Part shown: positions 1 through 24,784 of the stretch, piece by piece
How positions within the stretch are numbered: the stretch's first letter is position 1
How the letters are laid out: each line of letters starts with the position of its first letter
Source: the human T2T-CHM13v2.0 reference genome, Homo sapiens
Length of the DNA: 64,000 bases
Assembly (NCBI RefSeq): GCF_009914755.1
Contig: NC_060940.1
Reading direction: 5' to 3' (one strand)
Made by a program: the position numbers and the translations under genes
The notes under the pieces: model-generated
The model's input: the letters and a program-made list of their open reading frames with translations, nothing else
Database searches by the model: none
Told to the model about the DNA's origin: nothing

Positions 1-167
1 CACGCTGGTCTTAAATTCCTGGCACAAGTGATCTGCTCACTTTGACCTCCCAATGTGTTGGGATTATGGGCATGAGCCACCACACCTGGCCTCCTATCTT
101 TCTCTACAGCAACGTGATGAAGTAAATATAAACCCGAACTAATGGGCAAAACATTTTCCACTTTTAG

Positions 168-355
168 GGGTTTTAAACTACCTGAAAGAGACATTTACCC
201 ATACTCCAAGTTACGATATGATCCCTGCCATGCTCAGCGTGCTTGTCAAAATGATGCTTGCACAAACCCAAGAAAGTGTGTTTGAGAAAATCAGCCTTCC
301 TGGGATCTGGAATGAATTCTTCATGCTGGTGAAGGTGGCTCAGGAGGCTGCCAAG
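168..355 (+). pseudogene. RHPN2: RHPN2 pseudo-exon 8 (BRO1 domain: [33 protein letters not shown]...AQEAAK)
   Basis: Acceptor cttttag at 161-167, donor gtaag at 356; 188 nt; translation matches RHPN2 BRO1 region. Confidence 0.95.
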
Positions 356-764
356 GTAAGACTCCCTGGGTCCTGTGACTTTGGGGAGTGGGCAGGAAAT
401 GCTGGCACAGGAGCACTGGAAGTAGTGGGGCCTTCCCACGGGAGCTTGCCTGTGACCTGGGCATTGTGCCAGCTCCGGCCAGTACTGCTGGCTTGAGTTT
501 TCTTGGCAAGTGTTGGTGTTTCAGATACGGATCACTGATTCCATCTGCAGCTTAACCTAAAAACCAGCATAATGACAGCAGCCTGATCCCCCTGTTAACT
601 GTGACAATGACAGAACGAGGGGTTGCTTGGAGTTGCTCCCAGATTCTGGAGCAGCCCCTGGCAGGGGCTGTTACATGAGAAGAAGAAAGGGCTCTTTCTC
701 TGCAAATGGGTTCATGAGGGCCCTTGTGCCGGGCTGCCCCTTCCCAATGCCCCTTCTATTTCAG

Positions 765-921
765 GTGGGAGAGGTCTGCCAACAGCTGCACGCAGCCATG
801 AGCCAGGTGCCGGTGAAAGAGAACATCCCCTACTCCTGGGCCAGCTTGGCCTGCGTGAAGGCCCACCACTATGCAGCCCTGGCCCACTACTTCACTGCCA
901 TCCTCCTCATCGACCACCAGG
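765..921 (+). pseudogene. RHPN2: RHPN2 pseudo-exon 9 (VGEVCQQLHAAMSQ...ILLIDHQ)
   Basis: tttcag acceptor, G|gtaagg donor; 157 nt. Confidence 0.95.
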
Positions 922-1188
922 GTAAGGCCTGTGGGGTTTGGGGGTTTGGCCAGGGCTGTGGTCCAGCTGCCCCAGGGGCGATTCTGAGCTGAGTGAGAGC
1001 TAACTTCCTTCCCTGGAGATGCTCACAGGCTGAAGGCAGAGGATGAGAATGACCCATGACTGAGGCAGCTGCTGCACAGGCCATGGTGGGGTTAGGGGTT
1101 ATAAGCTTCTTTAGAGGGAGGAAGAGGAGGCACCTTTAATTCTGCCTGTGTGCAAGAGGATGAATTTTCACCTGGAATCTAGAATCTA

Positions 1189-1909
<721 letters not shown>

Positions 1910-1954
1910 AGGGATTTTTGATCTAATAAGTACTAATCCAGGCAGCCTCCCGAG

Positions 1955-2160
1955 GAATTAAAAAGACAGCCTCTGGAGCCAGACTTCCTGGGTTCATATC
2001 TCAGCTCTGCCATGAATGAGCTGTATTACCTTGGGCAAGTTACTTAGCTGTCCTCTGCCTCGATTTTCTCATCTGTAAAATGGGTATATGGAGAGAGTCT
2101 ACCTCACAGGCTGTCATGAAAATGAAGGGCCTGTATGTAAAGCTCAATAATGCTTTATAT
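1955..2160 (+). mobile_element. MIR
   Basis: ggagccagac..ctgggttc..ccttgggcaagttactta..ttttctcatctgtaaaatggg core. Confidence 0.8.
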
Positions 2161-2646
2161 GCTGTAGGTTCTCTGAAAGTGTGAGCCACCACTCCTAGTA
2201 CTATATAGTCTATTAGGCGAGACAAGATGTTGAAACAAATAGAAATACCATATAGTGCCTTGGTGATTGCTGCAGAGACACAAATGCAGCAGCAGGTGGA
2301 CTCCATGGTGCAGTCATTGATGGCTTCTCAGAGGCGGTGACATTTGAGTTCAACTTTTCCATCTGCACAGGAGGGAAGGGTCAGCTTAGAGGGAGTAAAG
2401 TGTCTGAGCACAGGAACAGAGGCCGAGGGTGCTGGGGAAGTGGAGAGTGGTTTTGTGAGGTTTGAGAGCAGGATATGCACCAGGGAGGGTGTGGTTGAAG
2501 CAGGAAGGGGCTCTGCTGCAGGTGTGCAGGCCTGCAGAGGGGTGCAGGCCAGGCATGACAGGGTCTGGGCTGTGCTAGGAGGTTCTGTGTGGTGGGTGAG
2601 TCAGAGGAGGTAGCGTGTGGGGGCTCAGGGTCAAATTATGAACCTC

Positions 2647-3340
<694 letters not shown>

Positions 3341-3507
3341 TCAGACTGCCTGGGGTGTGTCCAGGGGCAGAAAGGAGAGCCATGATCCCAAATGCCTTGT
3401 GAAACTGCAGAAGAAAGGAAACTAGAGACATGGTAGAAAGAGAAATCTCTATGTGGGTCTGTGGCCAGGTCCATGAGAGGGGATTTAACCTGTGGTTCTC
3501 TTTGCAG

Positions 3508-3627
3508 TGAAGCCAGGCACGGATCTGGACCACTAGGAGAAGTGCCTGTCCCAGCTCTACGACCACATGCCAGAGGGGCTGACACCCTTGGCCACACTGA
3601 AGAATGATCAGCAGCGCCGACAGCTGG
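3508..3627 (+). pseudogene. RHPN2: RHPN2 pseudo-exon 10 with premature stop (TAG 3534-3536, equivalent to Q378*)
   Basis: tttgcag acceptor; reads VKPGTDLDH*EKCLSQLYDHMPEGLTPLATLKNDQQRRQL; donor gtgcat. Confidence 0.95.
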
Positions 3628-4149
3628 GTGCATGTCCCTCTGCACCCAGATGTGGGTCCCACTTGGTGCCCAGCTGGTCCTGCTCACAGACAGCCACAGA
3701 GAGGTCACTGAAGAGGGCCCGGGAGAGGGGGGTGTTCCAAGTCATCATGGCCACTTTGGGTTCGGAAGTCATGAGGCACAGTCCTGAGCCTCAGAGGGCT
3801 TCCCAGGCTGTGTTCTCATGGGTTCCATAGCACCCAGGCCTCCCCCTGTGGAGCCAGGACTTTAACCATCTCCCTTGGGGTCCACAGGGTGGCCTGTATC
3901 ATGCTAACAGGGAAGGAGACGTTTGTTGATTTCCTTATGCATGGCTGAATTCCCAAGAACACCTAATGACTGGTAATGAAGTGTCCTGGTTTGGTCTCTG
4001 CCATGTCTCAGTGTGAATATCTCTTCCCATGTGCAGACCTCACCTCCACCACCCTAATCTGCCCCCACGCACACATAAGCAGCTTCCCCGTCTCAGTGAT
4101 GGCAACTCCCACCCCTCTAGGTGCTCAGGCCAGAAACCTTGGACTCACT

Positions 4150-4760
4150 CTCCAGTCTTCTTTTCTTTCCTCCTCTTTCCCCTCCCCTCCCCTCTGCTCC
4201 CCTCTCCTCTCTTCCCCTCTGCTCCCCTCCCCTCCTCTCCCATTCTCTCCCCTCCTCTTCCCTCCCCTCTGTTACCCTCCCCTCCCCTCCTCTCCCCTTC
4301 TCTCCCCTCCTCTCTTCTCCCCTCCCCTCCTCTCTGCCATCCTCCCTCTCCTCTCTCCTCCGTCCTCCCTCCCCTCCCCTCCATCCTCCCTCCCCTCCCC
4401 TCCTCCCTCTCCTCCCTTCCCCTCCTCCCTCTCCTCCCCTCCCTTCCCTTTCTCCCCTCCCCTCCCTTCCCATCCTTCCCCTCCTCTCCTCTCCTCCCCT
4501 CTCCCACCTCCCCTTCACTCCCCTTTCTCCTCCTCTCCCCTCCCCTCTCCTCTTATCATTCCTCCTCTCCCCTCACCCTTCCCCTCTCCCCTCTCCCCTC
4601 CCCTCTCCTCTCCTTTTCTTTTTCCTTGTTGCTTTCCTTTTCTTTCCCTTTCCTTTCCTCTCTCTCTTTTATTCTTTCTTTCTTTCCTTTCTCTCTTTCT
4701 CTCTTCCCCATCTACCCTTCCTCCCTCCTTTCCTCTTTCCTTTTCTTTCATTTGCTTTCT
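4150..4760. repeat. ~600-bp polypyrimidine low-complexity tract ((CCCCT/CCTCT)n grading into (CTTT)n)
   Basis: Almost purely C/T on the + strand. Confidence 0.95.
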
Positions 4761-5180
4761 TTGACAGCATCTTGCTGTCCCCCAGGCTGCAGTGCAGTAG
4801 TGCAATCACAGCTCAGTGCAGCCTCAAACTCCTGGCTTCAAGTGATCCTCCTGCCTCAGCCTGCTGAGTAGCTGGGACTATAGGCATGCACCACCATGCC
4901 CGGCTAATATTATAAAAAGGTTTTTTTAGAGATGCGGTCTCACTATGTTGCCCGGGCTGGTTTTGAACTCCTAGCTTCAAGTGATCCTCCTGCCTCAGCC
5001 TGCTGAGTAGCTGGGACTATAGGCATGCACCACCATGCCCGGCTAATATTGTAAAAAGGCTTTTGTAGAGATGCGGTCTCACTATGTTGCCCGGGCTGGT
5101 TTTGAACTACTGGCCTCCAGCGATCCTCTTTCCTCTGTCTCCCAAAGTGCTGAGATTACAGGCACGAGCCACCACACCTA
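4760..5180 (-). mobile_element. AluJ-like element with internal 139-bp tandem duplication
   Basis: gcttcaagtgatcctcc...ttttgaact occurs at 4835 and again at 4974. Confidence 0.85.
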
Positions 5181-5481
5181 AACTCTTGTCTTACTTTCTC
5201 ACCCTACATTTGATTAGCAAATCCCTTTGGCTGTACCTAGAAGACACACTCAAATCTGGCCACTTTAACCCTGCTGCCCTGGTGGAAGCCACATGTGTAC
5301 ATTGCTTATGTAAGAAACATTTACTCACTTAAACCCCACACGACACTATGAGGTGGGTCTCATGGCATCCCCATTTTACAGCTGAGGAAACTGAGACCCA
5401 GAGCGGTCACGTGGCTTGCCCTGCTCATAGCTGGTTTTCTTGCTGCCCCTTCAGAGTCTGCTCATGCAGGCCAGATCACAT

Positions 5482-5669
5482 CAGTCCCCTGCTCACACCT
5501 CAGTGGGCTCCCATCTCACGCAGAACAGGAGTGAGAGCCCTCATCTCGCACGCATGAGATCCGCCATGATCTGGCCAGTCCCCTGCTCACACCCCAGTGG
5601 GCTCCCATCTCACGCAGAACAGGAGTGAGAGCCCTCATCTCGCACGCATGAGATCCACCATGATCTGGC
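5482..5669. repeat. 94-bp tandem duplication
   Basis: cagtcccctgctcacacc..gagatcc(g/a)ccatgatctggcc occurs twice with 2 mismatches. Confidence 0.9.
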
Positions 5670-5717
5670 CTTGTTCCTTCCCTGCACTCATTCTCTCCCG
5701 CCTTCAGGCACACCTTA

Positions 5718-6735
<1,018 letters not shown>

Positions 6736-6745
6736 ATAAAAGGCT

Positions 6746-7264
6746 TGTTGTAACCAAGTGAATTGTAGAGAAACGCCACACTTTGAGACTAATTCAGGAG
6801 TCGTTTTTTAGCCGGTGACCGAGAGACGGATAATGCTCGAAATTGTCTCGGGCCTGAAGAAGGGGCTAGATTTTCTTTTATACTGTGGTCTAAATAGGGG
6901 AGGGGGGTTTAACTGAAGCAATTTTACAGAAGCAGAATAGGCAAAAACTTAAAAAAGTAATTGGTTATAGAAGCAGTTACAAAAAATAAACAGTTCCAGG
7001 TGCAGGTGCTTAAACTATCACTAAGAGATAAATGCAGGGGCTTTAGGTACCTGCCACTGAGCACATCCCCAGGAGCTGCTGGTACAGCCTGCCTCAGTAT
7101 CTTATCAGCAGTTTGCATTCCTGGGTGTGCTTGGAGTCAGCTTACACTAGTTATTCCCTTAAGGGGGATAAAGGGGGCTGCAAGTGAAGAAACTAAAATG
7201 TAGTCTGTCTGTCTCTCTCTGCTAGGAGAGAGTCACTCAGGTTAAAACAAGGTAGGGTATCACG
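6746..7264 (-). mobile_element. ERV1-class solo LTR (about 519 bp; possibly LTR15-like)
   Basis: Ends read TGTTG...TATCACG (a CA-to-CG change); 4-bp TSD GGCT at 6742-6745 and 7265-7268; TATAAAA on the minus strand at 6882-6876. Subfamily uncertain. Confidence 0.75.
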
Positions 7265-7388
7265 GGCTCTAGCTATCCAGGCAGATCCTTTAGAAAAGAG
7301 AACGTCCAACCTCTTGGGCTGCCCTTTGGGCCCTTATGCTCTGTTTGGTGGATCTCCAAGTCACGTGGGTGCTGGCTTCCGTCTGCAG

Positions 7389-7583
7389 GGAAGTCCCACC
7401 TGTGCAGAGCCATGGCTCATCACGAGGAGTCAGTGCAGGAGGCCAGCCTCTGCAAGAAGCTGCAGAGCATTGAGGTGCTACAGAAGGTGCTGTGTGCAGC
7501 ACAGGAACGCTCCCGGCTCACGTACGCCCAGCACCAGGAGGATGATGAACTGCTGAACCTGATCGACACCCCCAGTGTTGTTG
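7389..7583 (+). pseudogene. RHPN2: RHPN2 pseudo-exon 11 (GKSHLCRAMAHHEESVQEASLCKKLQSIEVLQKV...PSVV)
   Basis: ctgcag acceptor, G|gtgagt donor; 195 nt. Confidence 0.95.
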
Positions 7584-7736
7584 GTGAGTAACCTAGACTG
7601 TGTTCCCTCTGTGGGGGTGCCTGTGCCATGGAAAGAGTACGCCTGGCCTGTGGGGGTTGAGCAAGCCCTTGCTGTGTGCTTGGCACAAGGAGGGCTGCAC
7701 AGGGCAGGGACCGAGGTGCTTATTTTGCCCTGGAGT

Positions 7737-9548
<1,812 letters not shown>

Positions 9549-9564
9549 TAATCCTCTATTCTAG

Positions 9565-9641
9565 CTAAAACTGAGCAAGAGGTTGACATTATATTACCCC
9601 AGTTCTCCAAGCTGACAGTCACGGACTTCTTCTAGAAGCTG
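9565..9641 (+). pseudogene. RHPN2: RHPN2 pseudo-exon 12 with premature stop (TAG 9633-9635, Q497*)
   Basis: ttctag acceptor; reads AKTEQEVDIILPQFSKLTVTDFF*KL; donor gtatgt. Confidence 0.95.
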
Positions 9642-9705
9642 GTATGTTGAAAGCTCTCTACATAAATGACCGAAGGGGACAGCTCTTCACTTTGGCGAGT
9701 ATGGT

Positions 9706-11420
<1,715 letters not shown>

Positions 11421-11656
11421 AGATAATTAATACAATGTCTAAAAGATAATTTTATTGTAAATATATTGGGTATGTTTGAGAAGATGGCTTTCCAGGTTCT
11501 CGCATGACTGCTGTAGCATGTATGCCCCCAGATGTGTCATTTGTCCCTGAACAAGGCCAAGTGAGATCTTCAAGGACAACAGGCAAAATTCCCTTTAGCT
11601 TTCAAGTGTCTGATCCAGCCTTCAAATCCTACACCTAATGATGCTCTCTTCCAAAG

Positions 11657-11803
11657 GGCCCCTTATCTGTGTTTTTGGCTAACAAGCAGTAGACGCCTCC
11701 TCGAAGCATCCGCTTCACTGCAGAAGAAGGGGACTTGGGGTTCTCCTTAAGAGGGAATGCCCCCATTGAGGTTCACTTCCTGGATCCTTACTGCTCTTCC
11801 TCG
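11657..11803 (+). pseudogene. RHPN2: RHPN2 pseudo-exon 13 (start of PDZ) with premature stop (TAG 11690-11692, W511*)
   Basis: ccaaag acceptor; reads GPLSVFLANKQ*TPPRSIRFTAEEGDLGFSLRGNAPIEVHFLDPYCSSS; donor gtaagc. Confidence 0.95.
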
Positions 11804-11949
11804 GTAAGCACATGCTTTTCTTGGTTGGCAGCAAACACAGATATCTGGGTGATTGAATTTAGGGCGGGTTCACCCACGTCAAAGGCCTGACTTGATGTGA
11901 AAGGCCTCATGGGTGCTACAGTCCCTAAAAGAAAAGGATTAATTTTTAC

Positions 11950-12830
<881 letters not shown>

Positions 12831-12944
12831 TGAATTTTTACGTTCTTGATGTGAACTTATGCAAATACCTATTTTGTTAATGGGGACTGATTCAAGGATT
12901 TGAGTGAACAAAACGTTGACTTATTTTCAACAATACTTTTTCAG

Positions 12945-13100
12945 GTGGCAGGAGCCCGGGAAGGAGATTATATTGTCTCCATTCAGCTTGTGGATTGTAA
13001 GTGGCTGACGGTGAGTGAGGTTATGAAGCTGCTGAAGAGCTTTGGTGAGGACAAGATCGAGATGAAAGCCGTGAGCCTCCTGGACTCCACGTCATCCGTG
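12945..13100 (+). pseudogene. RHPN2: RHPN2 pseudo-exon 14 (PDZ: VAGAREGDYIVSIQLVDCKWLTVSEVMKLLKSFGED...)
   Basis: tttcag acceptor, gtgagc donor; 156 nt. Confidence 0.95.
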
Positions 13101-13284
13101 GTGAGCACTGACACCTGCCTGGGCAGTCAGTAGTGGTGTGGAGTGAAATCTACATGAGTTCAGCCCCAGGGGTGTTTACTAGACCCTCTGTCTCCTGCCT
13201 GTGTAACATGGTACAAATGACTGGACTCCCAGGCTTGTAATCACTGTAATGTGCTCACCTTGGGTCAAAGAGAAAATTGGCAAA

Positions 13285-14467
<1,183 letters not shown>

Positions 14468-14569
14468 CCCTAAAATTTTCCCCAAGTGCTAGGGTTCATG
14501 CCACACTTAATGACGTTCTCCTCTGCACTTTGCCACACTTAATGCCGTACCCTCGACCTTCCCTCTGTA

Positions 14570-16190
14570 ACAACACTCATTTATTCATTCAACAAATATT
14601 GATTGAGGATCAATTGGGTGCCAGACACTCTCTTAGGTGTCAGAGCTCCAGTTTACATTACACAGGTAAGGTCCCTGCCCCTCCCCACGAAGCTGGCACT
14701 AAGTCAGTAAATAAATGGTCAGGATTTTGATAAGTGTTGTAAAGGAAAAAAGACCTGTAATGGGGTGGAATGACTGGAGAGGAGGCGAGGCTCTATCTAG
14801 GCAGGGCTGGAACAGACATGAGAGTGACCAGGAGGTTCGAGCCAGTTGCAGAGAGACAAGAAAGGCCTTCTGGGCAGGGGCACCTACAGGTACAGGGCCC
14901 CTGCAGCAGAATAACCTTCTCCTACCAGAGAGGCAAAAGGAAGGCCTTTTGGCAAGAGCACCAGGACAAGGAAGGGAGCCATGGGAAGTGAGGTAGGAAG
15001 GAGGCCTTGGCGGCAGTGGTGGGAGCTTGGAAGCCACTGGGCATTTTCAGAAGGGGAATGGCATGGCGTGATGTTTGTTTTAGAAGGGCGTCTGCTGCCG
15101 GAGACTGGCCATGGCAGTTGTCCAGGCTGGTGAAGTTAGTGGCTGAGGTGATGGGGTTGGCTGTAGAGTTGGAGAGACATGAGTGTCCCTGGGACATAGT
15201 TTGGAGGTAGAGCTGATGGGGGATTTGTGGATGATTTGTGTAAAGGAGACAGTGAACAGGGAGGTGAGGCCTCAGTTTTTGGCTTGATCAATCTCATGGG
15301 TAGTGGTTATTTTTCTACCTTTAATTTCATTTTTCTCTTGTTGTTTTTTTGTTTGTTTTTTGTTTTGTTTTGTTTTGTTTTTGAGACAGGGTCTCACTCT
15401 GTTGCTTGGCTGGAATGCAGTGGTGCAATCATAGCTCACTATAGCCTTGACTTCCTGGGCTGAGGCAATCCTTTTGCCTCAGCCTCCCGAGTAGCTGGAA
15501 CTACAGGTGTGTACCACTATGCCTGGCTAATTTGTTATTTACCTATTGTAATTTTTTTTTGGTAGAGATGGGGCCTTGATATATTGCCAAGGTTGACCTC
15601 AAACTCCTGTCCTTAAGCGATCCTTCCACCTCCGCCTCCCAAAGTGTTGGGATTACAAGCATTAGCCACCATGCCCGGCCTGGTTATTTTTCATAATGAT
15701 GGGTAATGGGTGTGAGGGAGGTGAAGGAGAGAGAAATCAAGAGTCGTGTTTTGAATGTTTCAGATGCTATTAGCAGTCAGACATAAGCATAAAGGAGGAG
15801 ACTGGATGTGAAGTCTTCAGTTCGAGGAAGAAATCAGAGCTAGAAATAAATACTTGAGAATCATTGCACACGGATGATATTTGAGGCTGTGAGACAAAAT
15901 GCAGCTCCCTGCAAGGGGGCTAGGGCTGAGGGCTAAACATTTAGAGGTCAGTTGGAAGAGAAGCAAGTGCAAAGAAAATGCAGGAGAGTTCAGAGATGTC
16001 GGAGGAAAGGAGCTTCTCAAATTAAGAGGAGAAAGCTCTGCAGGAGAGAGTGATGGGTTGCATTGAATGCAGTTGAGAGGTGGAGAATGAGGTTGGCTTA
16101 GCTGTGCCTATTGTATTTGGCAGCAGGATGAAAAGACACTTTGGTGGAGAGGTGGCAACAGAAGTCAGTTGAGAGAGGGCCAGAGAGCCA
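14570..16190 (-). mobile_element. L2 fragments, interrupted by an Alu at 15335-15680
   Basis: ttcattcaacaaatatt..gtgccagacact antisense L2 3' end, followed by degenerate purine-rich sequence. Confidence 0.55.
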
Positions 16191-16404
16191 ATGGATTTTG
16201 AGTCCGTGGATATGAAATGCTCAGCATAGGCAAATCCAGAGACAGAAAGTAGATGGTGCTGGGGCTGGGCAATGGGAGTAGGGAGGGACTGCTGAAGGGT
16301 CATAAGGTAGAAGGTTTCTTTTTGGGGGGATGGAAATATTCTGAAATTAGGTAGTAGTGATGGTCACCTAACTTTGTGAATATCCTAAAAAATCACTGAT
16401 GTTT

Positions 16405-20669
<4,265 letters not shown>

Positions 20670-20710
20670 AAGAAAGGCTTTTCAAAGAATGTGATGGTAC
20701 GCATTGCAGG

Positions 20711-20853
20711 AGTGTGTGTGTGTGTTTGTGTGTAGAGAGAGGGGTGTGTGTGTGTGTGTAGAGAGGGGTGCGTGTAGAGAGAGGGGTGTGTGTGTGTGTA
20801 GAGAGAGGGGTGTGTGTGTGTAGAGAGAGGAGTGTGTGTGTGTGTAGAGAGAG

Positions 20854-20895
<42 letters not shown>

Positions 20896-20896
20896 A
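20711..20896. repeat. Compound (GT)n-(AG)n-GGGG microsatellite
   Basis: Repeating gtgtgtgtagagagagggg units. Confidence 0.95.
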
Positions 20897-21502
20897 TCTG
20901 GGAGGCAAGGGTGCCTGGAGGAGAGAGGGAATGGGATCCAGGCACACAGAAGGGCTTGGTCTTGGGGGATGGATGCCATGAAGTATACGGCAGGGATTTC
21001 AGGAGGGTGCGTGAGTGGCTTCAGGAGGAGAGTGAAGATAAGAAACAAGAATACAGGAGAAAAGGAAATGAAATTACTAGGGACACACAAGAGTGCCAGG
21101 AAATGGGTGCCTATTAGAGGTTTGGGGTCAGGTTAGAATTCCAAGGGAAGCCTTGGTGAGTGTCCTCCAGCAATGAACAACCTTTCAGATACAGGCCCTA
21201 GGGGAGGCAGAGGGTGGAGATGAGCGAGTTAGCATTGCTGGGGGCAGATGGAAGAGAACTGAGGGTATTTATAAGGCAGTGGTTTTGATACACAATGGAC
21301 TTTGAGCAGCTGAGGGTTGGGAAATTCTTTCAGGCCTCACATCTGTCTCCAGGATTATTCGTTTTATTATTGTTTTAAATGACATTGTGTAAAACATGGT
21401 GGAGTTAGTGGTCAGTTTTCCAGAAAAGGAAGAGGCATCTCCATCCTTAGGGGCTCAAAGTACCCCCTACTTTATTGCTGCATAACTCAGATTCCTGAGG
21501 GT

Positions 21503-23594
<2,092 letters not shown>

Positions 23595-23663
23595 AGACTT
23601 CGTAGTTTGTATCATCTATCTTGATGATGCCTGACGCCCTTTTTCTTTCTTTTCTATGTGCAG

Positions 23664-24784
23664 CATAATAAGAGTGCCACATACTCCGTGGGAATGTAGA
23701 AAACGTACTCCATGATCTGCTTAGCCATTGATGATGATGACAAAACTGATAAAACCCAGAAAATCTCCAAGAAGCTTTCCTTCCTGAGTTGGGGCACCAG
23801 AAAGAACAGACAGAAGTCAGCCAGCACCTTGTGCCTCCCATCGGTCGGGGCTGCACGGCTTCAGGTCAAGAAGAAGCTGCCCTCCCCTTTCAGCCTTCTC
23901 AACTCAGACAGTTCTTCATACTAATGTGAGGAAACAAACACGTTCAGGCCCCGAACATTTCCGGTGCTGACTCAGCCTTAAACATTTGTGCCATAATGGA
24001 AAATATCTATCTATTCTCAAATCCTGTTTTTCTCATAGTGTAAACTCACATTTGATGTGTTTTTATGAAGGAAAGTAACCAAGAAACCTCTAGGAATTAG
24101 TGAAAAAAGAATGTTTTTGAGGCCTGTTACTATATTGCTATAAGTTATTTATTATATAAAGTATTGTAAATAGAATAGTGTTGAAGATATGAAATACGGC
24201 TATTTTTAATGGTGACAATTATGACTCTTAGTCACTATTAAATTGGGGTTACCTATAATAGTACAATTTGTAGTTGTTTCCAGGTTTGGCTAATAATCAT
24301 TCCTTAACCTAGAATTCAGATGATCCTGGAATTAAGGCAGGTCAGAGGACTATAATGATAGAATTAAATTGGTGTCACTAAAAACTGTCCCAAAGTGCTG
24401 CTTCCTAATAGGAATTCATTAACCTAAAACAAGATGTTACTATTATATCGATATACTATGAATGCTATTTCTAGAAAAAGTCTAGTGCCAAATTTGTCTT
24501 ATTAAATAAAAAAAATGTAGGAGTAGCTTTTCTTCTAGTTTGATATCATTTAAGAATTGCTAACACAGTGGCAGTGTTAGATGAAGATGCTGTCTACAAG
24601 GTAGATAATATACCGTTTGATACTCAAAACATTTTTCATTTTGTTTAAAGTAGAAGTTACATAATTCTATATTTTAAGTCTTGGGTAAAAAAGTAGTTTT
24701 ACATTTTATAAAGTAAAGATGTAAATGATTCAGGTTTAAAGCTCTATTTGACTTTTTTGTTGTTGTTTGAGATAGAGTCTTGCT
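23664..24784 (+). pseudogene. RHPN2: RHPN2 pseudo-exon 15 (last exon): premature TAG 23697-23699 (Q612*), native TAA 23922-23924, AU-rich 3' UTR
   Basis: gtgcag acceptor; reads HNKSATYSVGM*KTYSMICLAIDDDDK...SPFSLLNSDSSSY*; overlapping ATTAAA/AATAAA at 24501-24510. Confidence 0.93.

Noticed and set aside
3976-4871. ORFs of 250-280 aa rich in Pro/Ser/Leu or Gly/Glu/Arg
   Set aside because: Artefacts of the stop-free C/T tract.
23965-23976. MARE/AP-1-like TGCTGACTCAGC in the pseudogene 3' UTR
   Set aside because: Single motif with no supporting cluster.
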